NCBI GenBank assembly: GCA_016184345.1
Contig: JACPCV010000005.1
Location: 97,017-161,016, forward strand
Source: Candidatus Woesearchaeota archaeon
GTDB lineage: Archaea; Nanobdellota; Nanobdellia; Woesearchaeales; UBA10216
Reading direction: 5' to 3'
Length of the DNA: 64,000 nucleotides
In this document: one piece after another, positions 57,366-64,000 of the stretch
Layout of the letters: each line of letters opens with the position of its first letter
Numbering within the stretch: position 1 is the stretch's first letter
Position numbers and translations under genes: made by a program
Notes under the pieces: model-generated
The model's input: only the letters and a program-made list of their open reading frames with translations
Databases searched by the model: none
Told to the model about the DNA's origin: nothing

Positions 57366-59111
57366 ATGAATGCTGGCGACGTGCACCCGCTCGGGACAAA
57401 AGCGAGGGTTCTCCTGTCAAGCGTTTTCGGCCCATACGCCCAGGATGATGAGTATGGAAGCAGGAAAATAAACCCGATGGAGCTTTACCACAACCAGGTA
57501 ACAAGGGTGCAGGGGCCTTTCTCAATCAGGATGTTCCACCCCTCGTTCGGGTTAAGGATGATTCAGGACAACATCAGCGCGCCATGCACAATACTGGATT
57601 TCCCGACGCTTGACAGGTTTATTGGCGAAATAAAAAGCAACGAGTATGACATAGTCGGGATAACCTCAATCCTGGTAAATATTGGCAAGGTGAAGAAGAT
57701 GTGCGAGGAGATACGGAAATGCCTGCCAAACGCAGCCATCGTGCTGGGGGGGCACCTTGCCAACAAGCCAGGCATAGAAACCCTTGTCGACGCCGATTAT
57801 TTTGTAAAGGGAGAAGGCGTAAGATGGTTCCGCAATTTCCTTAGCGAAGATGTGAATGCACCATTGAATCACTCCATTGAATTCGCACAGTTCGGGCTCA
57901 GAGTCATGGGACTACAGCTTAAGCGGCCGAAGAACAGCTGTGCAATCCTGATGCCATCCCTTGGTTGTCCTGTCGGCTGCAATTTCTGCGCAACATCAGC
58001 TAAGTTCGGCGGCAAAGGCAAATTCATTAATTTCTTTGAGACAGGAGACGCCCTTTTTTCAGAAATGTGCAGGATAGAGAAGGCTCTTGGCAACTCATAT
58101 TTTTTCATATTGGATGAGAATTTTTTATTGCACAGGACAAGGGCATTGCGGCTGCTGGAACTAATGCAGCAAAACAACAAAAGCTGGATATTAAGCGTAT
58201 TCAGCTCGGCCCGCGTTTTGAAATCTTACACGATAGAGCAGCTTGTCGGGCTGGGAATAACCTGGGTTTGGATGGGCCTGGAGGGGAAAGGCAGCCAGTA
58301 TGCGAAGCTGAACGGCATAGATACCAAGCAGCTTGTAAATGAGCTGCAGGAAAACGGAATCAGGGTCCTTGGATCCACAATAATCGGCCTTGAGGAGCAC
58401 ACGCCTGAAAACATTGATGAGGCAATAGACTGGGCTGTGAGCCACAACACAGCACTCCACCAATTTATGCTCTACACTCCGCTTCCGGGCACTGCACTGT
58501 TCGAGCTGCATTCGAAAGACGGAAGCATACTTTCGGAACAGGAGCATAACCCGGCAGACATCCACGGGCAATTCAGATTCAATTACAAGCACAAAAACAT
58601 CCATAACGGCCAGGAAGCTGAATTTATCCTTCGGGCATTCAAGCGCGATTTTGAAGTAAACGGCCCAAGTGTCATCCGAACGATAAGAGTGACCTTGCAA
58701 GGCTGGCAAAAGCACAAGAACCACCCTGATGAGAGAATCAGGAAAAGGGTTGAGCTGGAAGCGAGGGGCCTAAAGCATACGCTGGCAGGCGCAGTCTGGG
58801 GAGCGAAGCAGTGGTATAAGTACGATAAGAAAGACGCTGCAATGACTGATAAGCTAAACAAGCTTTTGAACGATTTGTACGCTGAATTTGGCCTCCGCAC
58901 CAGGCTGCTGGCACCAATAATAGGGCGGTACGTTCATCGAATGATTAAAAAAGAAGCGCAGCGGCTGGAAAATGGCTGGACGTACGAGCCTGGAACGATA
59001 TACCTGAAAAATGCGCAGGCACTGGCATTGAAATCCGGGCAAGCCAAGGAGTTGCAGCCCGCCCCTGCCTTATCACCTTCTTCAAGCATTAGCGCCGCCC
59101 GCACAGCCTAA
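57366..59111 (+). CDS. B12-binding-domain radical SAM protein
   Basis: ATG at 57366, downstream of the tRNA. VGITSILVNIGKVKKMCEEIRK...IVLGGHLA (B12-binding-like) and PSLGCPVGCNFCA (CxxxCxxC). Confidence 0.85.
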   Translation: MNAGDVHPLGTKARVLLSSVFGPYAQDDEYGSRKINPMELYHNQVTRVQGPFSIRMFHPSFGLRMIQDNISAPCTILDFPTLDRFIGEIKSNEYDIVGITSILVNIGKVKKMCEEIRKCLPNAAIVLGGHLANKPGIETLVDADYFVKGEGVRWFRNFLSEDVNAPLNHSIEFAQFGLRVMGLQLKRPKNSCAILMPSLGCPVGCNFCATSAKFGGKGKFINFFETGDALFSEMCRIEKALGNSYFFILDENFLLHRTRALRLLELMQQNNKSWILSVFSSARVLKSYTIEQLVGLGITWVWMGLEGKGSQYAKLNGIDTKQLVNELQENGIRVLGSTIIGLEEHTPENIDEAIDWAVSHNTALHQFMLYTPLPGTALFELHSKDGSILSEQEHNPADIHGQFRFNYKHKNIHNGQEAEFILRAFKRDFEVNGPSVIRTIRVTLQGWQKHKNHPDERIRKRVELEARGLKHTLAGAVWGAKQWYKYDKKDAAMTDKLNKLLNDLYAEFGLRTRLLAPIIGRYVHRMIKKEAQRLENGWTYEPGTIYLKNAQALALKSGQAKELQPAPALSPSSSISAARTA

Positions 59112-60326
59112 GCCGGAATATTGCCGCAGCGTGGCAGCCCGCTTTAGCGCCTCTCCCTTGTTTGAATAGTTCAGCCCGGCTGCCTTTTCGTAAGCATTTG
59201 CAGCCTCTTCATTCCTGCCAAGCTTTTCAAGCGCAACGCCAAGGTTGTAGAACGCACGGCTGTTGTTTTTGTCAATGCTGACAACCTGCTGCAGTATCTC
59301 GGCTCCGATTTCCGGATGGCCGCCCTGCTCGTAAATGGCGCCCAGGTTTGTAAGCGCATTGAAGTCATTTGGGTTCCTTTTCAAGCCTTCTTCTATTGCA
59401 TCCCTCGCGTCATTAAGCCTGCCAAGGCGCGAATATGCAACTCCCAGGCTGAAGTAAGCAGTTGGATATTCAGGATTGAGCTCAATCGCCTTCCTGAATG
59501 CGGCAATTGCACTGTCAACGTCTCCAAGGCTGCTGCAGCACATTCCCAAGCCCTGCCACGCCTCAACCATGCTTCCGTCAAGCTCAACCGCTTTCTGGAA
59601 ATACCCTTTTGCCTTTGCGAAATTGCCTGCCTCCCTTTCAACTGTGCCCATCTCCTGCCACGCTCTTGCATTATTGGGCTCGTCTGCCAGTTTCTTCTCT
59701 CCTATCCTGCGGTAGTGGCCGGGCTTCGCCTTGAGGTAATCCTGTGATTTGAGCTCCTTGAAGTGGTGTATTGGAATATCAATAGCACAGAATTTGCCGC
59801 CGCTTTTTTTGATTGAGCCCTCAACGAGTTCGTGGGCAATGCCTTCAAACCTTATTTCAGGCTTGTTCCTGAAAAGCCGCACAATCAGCCTGGGAACCCA
59901 GCCGGTAAAGCCCTTGCTTTCCCCGTAAGGGTCGTTTACTGCCCAGATGAAATCTTCTCTGTATGTATCGTTGGCGTAGTTTCGCTGGACAAGAGCGTAG
60001 CCGTCATATTCGCTACCAGCAAGCAGCTGCTTTATCCTGTCAAAGTCAGAAGCCGCTATTGTTTCATCAGCGTCCAAAACCAGAATCCAGTCGCCGGTTG
60101 CGTGCTTCAAACCCTCATTCCTTGCGGCAGAGGTGTCATCGTTCCACTCAAAATGGTAAACCTCAGCCCCAAGCCCTTTAGCTATTTCAACAGTGTTGTC
60201 GCTGCTGCCTGTGTCAACCACAACCATCTGGCCGACAAGCCCCTTGGCGGCAGCCAGGCACTTCCCAATCCACTCGCTTTCATCCTTCACAATCATGCAC
60301 AGGCTTATTGTAGCTTCGTTCGCCAT
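59082..60326 (-). CDS. Family 2 glycosyltransferase fused to TPR repeats
   Basis: ISLCMIVKDES...VVVDTGSSDNT...LVLDADE (GT2), followed by multiple TPR units (AWQGLGMC..GDVDSAIAAFRKAIELNP and others). Confidence 0.85.
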   Translation of the reverse strand: MANEATISLCMIVKDESEWIGKCLAAAKGLVGQMVVVDTGSSDNTVEIAKGLGAEVYHFEWNDDTSAARNEGLKHATGDWILVLDADETIAASDFDRIKQLLAGSEYDGYALVQRNYANDTYREDFIWAVNDPYGESKGFTGWVPRLIVRLFRNKPEIRFEGIAHELVEGSIKKSGGKFCAIDIPIHHFKELKSQDYLKAKPGHYRRIGEKKLADEPNNARAWQEMGTVEREAGNFAKAKGYFQKAVELDGSMVEAWQGLGMCCSSLGDVDSAIAAFRKAIELNPEYPTAYFSLGVAYSRLGRLNDARDAIEEGLKRNPNDFNALTNLGAIYEQGGHPEIGAEILQQVVSIDKNNSRAFYNLGVALEKLGRNEEAANAYEKAAGLNYSNKGEALKRAATLRQYSGLGCAGGANA

Positions 60327-60350
60327 AACTTAAGGGCTTGCTGTAAAGGA

Positions 60351-60360
60351 TTAAATATTT
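60351..60360. promoter_or_regulatory. Shared/bidirectional TATA-like box between divergent genes
   Basis: ttaaatattt lies 25 nt from the ATG at 60326 (minus strand) and 22 nt from the ATG at 60382 (plus strand). Confidence 0.45.
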
Positions 60361-60381
60361 TGCTGCCTTAACGCTGCCGGG

Positions 60382-61038
60382 ATGGGCGTGCTCACGCTGT
60401 TAAGGGGAAAATACTCTGAAATAATCGGCGCATTGCTGCTGCTGCACTGGGTGGCGCTCCTGATAGACAGGCTAACAGGGAAATTCCTCTACAACCTTCT
60501 TTGGATGTCGCACATAGGGCTGCTCCTTGCCGCCGTTGGCTTCCTGAGAAGGAACAACCTGCTCCTGAGCGCTGCACTTATAAGCGTTTTCCTGGGCCAC
60601 GGCCTGTGGATATACGACTTTGCAATGCTCATGGTAACAGGCGCTTCCCCTCTTGACTACAGCATAAGGCCTGCCGGCCTGCTGCAGGTGCCCCTGACAT
60701 CCCACCACCTCTACCTTGCACCCCTTCTCCTGTTAGCGCTGTGGAGGCAAAGGAAAATCAGCCCTAAAGGCTGGATGGTGGCGTCAGCAGTTTTTGCCTT
60801 CGCATCAACCGCCTCTTTCCTTTTTGTCTCTCCGGAATTCAATGTGAACTGCATACATTCGCCCTGCGAAGAGCTTCCGAGAATATTTCCATTCCTCCAG
60901 TCGCTTGAGCTTAACCCGTTGGCGTATTTCCTGCTTGCAAACGCCACTATGGCTGCAATTGGCTTCTTCCTGCCAAACCTGCTCCTCTTGCGGCTCTTTA
61001 GGCCTGCGAGCAATAAAGGCAGCAGGCGTGCCGGCTAA
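60382..61038 (+). CDS. Polytopic membrane protein, unknown function
   Basis: 218 aa with 5-6 hydrophobic segments. Confidence 0.55.
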   Translation: MGVLTLLRGKYSEIIGALLLLHWVALLIDRLTGKFLYNLLWMSHIGLLLAAVGFLRRNNLLLSAALISVFLGHGLWIYDFAMLMVTGASPLDYSIRPAGLLQVPLTSHHLYLAPLLLLALWRQRKISPKGWMVASAVFAFASTASFLFVSPEFNVNCIHSPCEELPRIFPFLQSLELNPLAYFLLANATMAAIGFFLPNLLLLRLFRPASNKGSRRAG

Positions 61039-61155
61039 CCAAGGAATGCAACGTTACCTTTATATACTGGCCGGAAAGCGCAATTCACAGTATCACCCCT
61101 AGTTAGTTGAACTAAGTGTATACGAACATAGAAGAACATCGAAGGTGAAAGGAAA

Positions 61156-61335
61156 ATGGGATATGGAGAAAGGTCAGGCGGCGGAGGCGGCTTCAGGGGA
61201 GGCGGCTTTGGCCCAAGAGAGATGCACAAAGCAGTATGCTCTGACTGCGGGCAGGAATGCGAAGTTCCATTCAAGCCAGCAGAGGGAAAGCCTGTTTACT
61301 GCAGGGACTGCTACCAGAAGCACAAGAAGTTCTGA
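61156..61335 (+). CDS. Small RGG-rich zinc-ribbon protein (59 aa); not in the supplied ORF track
   Basis: gaaggtga RBS. MGYGERSGGGGGFRGGGFGPREMHKAVCSDCGQECEVPFKPAEGKPVYCRDCYQKHKKF has CxxC...CxxC. Confidence 0.65.
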   Translation: MGYGERSGGGGGFRGGGFGPREMHKAVCSDCGQECEVPFKPAEGKPVYCRDCYQKHKKF

Positions 61336-61373
61336 TTACAGTTTTTTGATTTATTTTTTTATTTTTATTATTC

Positions 61374-62270
61374 TTACATTTCCTCAAGCCGCTTTATCCT
61401 CTCGCCAATTGGCGGGTGCGTTGAGAACAGCTTGACAAGGAAGTGGTCCTTTTTCCTGAACGGCGTGGAGATGAACAGGTGGGCGGTAGCTTTATTGGCC
61501 GTGTCAACCAGCGGGTCAGGGTCCTTGGATATTTTCTTTAACGCACCAGCAAGACCTGGCGGGTATCTTGTGAGAACAGCAGCGTTGGCGTCAGCGAGAA
61601 ACTCCCTTCTCCTGCTTATTGCGAGCTTGACAAGCTGCCCAATTAAAGGCGTAAGCACGGCCAAAGCAATGCCCGCAAGGATTAGCACCAGAGTTACCTG
61701 GTTTCCTTCCCTCTTCCTGTCCTTGCCTCCCCACAGGAATGTCCTCAGGAGCATGTCGCTCAGCAGGGTCACTACACCTACCAGGACAACGGTAAGCATC
61801 ATGAACCTCACATCGTAGTTTTTTATGTGCGACATCTCATGGGCGACAACGCCCTCAAGCTCCTGCCTGTTCATGGCTTTCAGGAGCCCTGTCGTGACAG
61901 CAATGGAAGCATTTTTCGGGTCGCGGCCTGTTGCAAAGGCATTCAGGGCTGAGTCTTCAATGACGTATGCATTGGGTGTTGGCATGCCTGCAGCCAGGGC
62001 GAGCCCTTCAAGCGTGTTGTAAAGGTAAGGGTACTCCTTTTTTGTTACCGGCTTGGCCCCTGAGATGCCCAGGATAAGCCTGTCGCCGGAATAAAAGGCT
62101 ATGAGCGAGTAAACAACCGAGGCAACAACGGCAACCCCGATGCCCATGTATGTGCTGCCGTAGGCAATGCCGAACACTGCTCCTAAAAGGCCGATTAGAA
62201 TGATGAAGAATGACAGGAGCAAAAGCGACTTCAGCTTGTTGCTGTTGACCTCATTGAACATCAGCCGCAT
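61374..62270 (-). CDS. htpX: Zinc metalloprotease HtpX (M48)
   Basis: HEMSHIKNYD (HExxH), TM segments, and FSTHPPIGERI. Confidence 0.9.
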   Translation of the reverse strand: MRLMFNEVNSNKLKSLLLLSFFIILIGLLGAVFGIAYGSTYMGIGVAVVASVVYSLIAFYSGDRLILGISGAKPVTKKEYPYLYNTLEGLALAAGMPTPNAYVIEDSALNAFATGRDPKNASIAVTTGLLKAMNRQELEGVVAHEMSHIKNYDVRFMMLTVVLVGVVTLLSDMLLRTFLWGGKDRKREGNQVTLVLILAGIALAVLTPLIGQLVKLAISRRREFLADANAAVLTRYPPGLAGALKKISKDPDPLVDTANKATAHLFISTPFRKKDHFLVKLFSTHPPIGERIKRLEEM

Positions 62271-62825
62271 TTAGAACTCAACCTTGACAGCCTTTCTCTC
62301 GCTCTCGGCAGCCTTGAAAAGCTCCTCCTGCCGGAAGCTGAACATGGATGCGAAGATGTTGCTCGGGAAAGATTCAATTTTGTTGTTGAGCGCCATTACC
62401 ATGTCATTGTAGTGCTGCCTTGCATACGCAATCTTGCTCTCAGTGCCGGACAGCTCTTCCTGGAGCTGCAGGAAATTCTCATTTGCCTTGAGCGTTGGGT
62501 AGCCCTCGGCAACCGCAAACAGGGATTTTAACGTCTGGGACAGCTGGTTTGATGCCCTTGCCTTCTCGCCCATTGTCTTTGCAGCCAGTATTGCAGACCT
62601 GGCCTTCGTGACGTTTTCAAGCACGCCTTTTTCATGCCGCATATAGCCCTTGACAGTCTCAACAAGGTTCGGGATAAGGTCATTCCTTCTCTTAAGCTGG
62701 ACATCTATCTGTGAAAATGAGTTCTTCACCTGGTTCCTCAGGCTTACCAGGCTGTTAAAAGTAAATATGACGAACAGGACCACAAGGACAACAACGCCCA
62801 CAGCAACCACCAGCACGCTTACCAT
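62271..62825 (-). CDS. lemA: LemA family protein
   Basis: N-terminal [41 protein letters not shown], and [18 protein letters not shown]. Confidence 0.9.
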   Translation of the reverse strand: MVSVLVVAVGVVVLVVLFVIFTFNSLVSLRNQVKNSFSQIDVQLKRRNDLIPNLVETVKGYMRHEKGVLENVTKARSAILAAKTMGEKARASNQLSQTLKSLFAVAEGYPTLKANENFLQLQEELSGTESKIAYARQHYNDMVMALNNKIESFPSNIFASMFSFRQEELFKAAESERKAVKVEF

Positions 62826-62847
62826 GCGGCTTCGGCTTATTGACAGC

Positions 62848-62880
62848 TATTTAAATATTTCCCCTGCAAATGTTTATAAC
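62848..62880. promoter_or_regulatory. Divergent promoter region with two TATA-like boxes
   Basis: tatttaaatattt (62848-62860) lies about 24 nt from the lemA ATG at 62825. tttataa (62873-62879) lies about 25 nt from the dinB ATG at 62904. Confidence 0.45.
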
Positions 62881-62903
62881 CTGCAAAAGCCTCTCTTAAT
62901 TCC

Positions 62904-63989
62904 ATGGCGAGAACCATAATGCACATTGACCTGGACGCTTTTTACGCTGCTGTTGAGCAGCGCGAGCACCCTGAATGGAAAGGGCTGCCTGTTGTTGTTG
63001 GCGCTGACCCGAAGGAAGGGCTTGGCCGCGGGGTGGCAATGACCGCAAGCTACGAAGCCCGCAAGTTTGGGATAAAATCAGCCATGCCGATATCGCAGGC
63101 CTACAGGCTCTGCCCGACAGCAATATTCACGCCACCAAACTTCCCTCTCTACATGGCAGCATCAGAGGGAGTAATGAAAATCCTCCGCAGCCACGCTGAA
63201 AAGTTTGAGCAGGTCAGCATTGACGAAGCGTTCATTGACGTGACTGAGAAGCTTGGCAACAGCAGCAAAGATGAAATAGAAAAATTCGCGGCAGCAATAA
63301 AAAGTGAAATAATGGAAAAAGAGCGGTTAAGCTGCAGCATTGGAGCTGCCTCCAATAAATCGGTTGCCAAGATAGCCTCTGACTTCAGGAAGCCGGACGG
63401 CCTGACAATTGTTGAGCCTGGGGACGAGAGAGTGTTCCTCTCATCTTTGCCGGTGCGGAAGCTCATTGGAGTTGGTGAGAAGACAGAGATTGCCCTCAAG
63501 GAACTCGGGATAAGCACTATTGGCGAGCTTGCAGCCTTGCCTCCTGAATTCATGCAGACAGAGTTCGGCAAGGCAGGGCTCTACCTGCTTGAGGCAGCAA
63601 ACGGCATAGATGGCAGCGAGGTTGAGGAAAACTACGAGATAAAGTCAATCAGCCGCAACACAACCTTTGACGAGGACACAAGGGATGAGGCAACAATATT
63701 TGCTGCCATTGGCGAGATGCTTGAAGACGCGCACAACTACCTTACTGCTGGCAACTTCCGCTGCAGAACTGTTGGCATAAGAGTGAGGTTTGAAGACTTT
63801 GAAACGCACACAAAGGAAAAAACATTGGCAGAACCCACGACAGATTTGGAACTCATCAAGGCAACAGCAAGGCAGCTGCTGCAGCCATTCTTCAGCGACA
63901 CAAGAAAGATAAGGCAGGTTGGGATAAGGCTTGCGCAGCTTGAGGAAGTTGACAAGAGGCAGAAGCTTGTGCACGAATACTTTAGTTAG
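62904..63989 (+). CDS. dinB: Y-family DNA polymerase IV (DinB/Dpo4)
   Basis: MHIDLDAFYAAVEQRE, SIDEAFIDVT, SIGAASNKSVAKIASD. Confidence 0.95.
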   Translation: MARTIMHIDLDAFYAAVEQREHPEWKGLPVVVGADPKEGLGRGVAMTASYEARKFGIKSAMPISQAYRLCPTAIFTPPNFPLYMAASEGVMKILRSHAEKFEQVSIDEAFIDVTEKLGNSSKDEIEKFAAAIKSEIMEKERLSCSIGAASNKSVAKIASDFRKPDGLTIVEPGDERVFLSSLPVRKLIGVGEKTEIALKELGISTIGELAALPPEFMQTEFGKAGLYLLEAANGIDGSEVEENYEIKSISRNTTFDEDTRDEATIFAAIGEMLEDAHNYLTAGNFRCRTVGIRVRFEDFETHTKEKTLAEPTTDLELIKATARQLLQPFFSDTRKIRQVGIRLAQLEEVDKRQKLVHEYFS

Positions 63990-64000
63990 TCCATCACAGG

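Overview
This window is an archaeal chromosomal segment. The evidence is Kae1, class I LysRS, archaeal-type ProRS, Alba, ribosomal protein S3Ae/eS1, Pth2, a Hel308-like helicase, SRP54, pilins with class III signal peptides, and TTTAAATA-type boxes about 25 nt upstream of many start codons. A small-genome, DPANN-like lineage is my inference only. Layout: (1) 1-6320, a cluster of eight pilin-like or pilus-associated genes plus a membrane protein. (2) 6350-12278, housekeeping genes and two tRNA-Arg genes. (3) 12213-17871, an Epd/Tad-like pilus motor (two T2SS-F-type membrane genes and an ATPase) plus a 720-aa repeat protein. (4) 17997-34407, housekeeping (S3Ae, gyrB, Dph6-like, CsaA, pip, Hel308 fragment, Pth2, Alba, proS), three more tRNAs and four paralogous membrane proteins. 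(5) 34408-47248, a toxin-antitoxin island containing two uncharacterised operons. (6) 47299-63989, housekeeping (lysK, GGR-family reductase, PMM/PGM, NTP-transferase, MtaB-like, SRP54, B12 radical SAM, GT2-TPR, HtpX, LemA, DinB) and three tRNAs. The most unusual content is non-coding. Five of the eight tRNA genes carry an insertion in the T-loop, several also carry anticodon-loop or D-loop introns, and these introns share a sequence module. The same module, together with a 'twin bulged hairpin' cassette, sits in frame inside proS. Related short hairpin cassettes and a 34-36-nt palindromic element are scattered in intergenic DNA, at ORF ends, inside the MtaB-like CDS, in tRNA introns and inside other repeats. 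The 3' end of proS is present three times with TA cassettes in between, and the 3' end of a tRNA-Arg is present three times in tandem. All of this is from reading the sequence by eye. No folding, alignment or database search was run.
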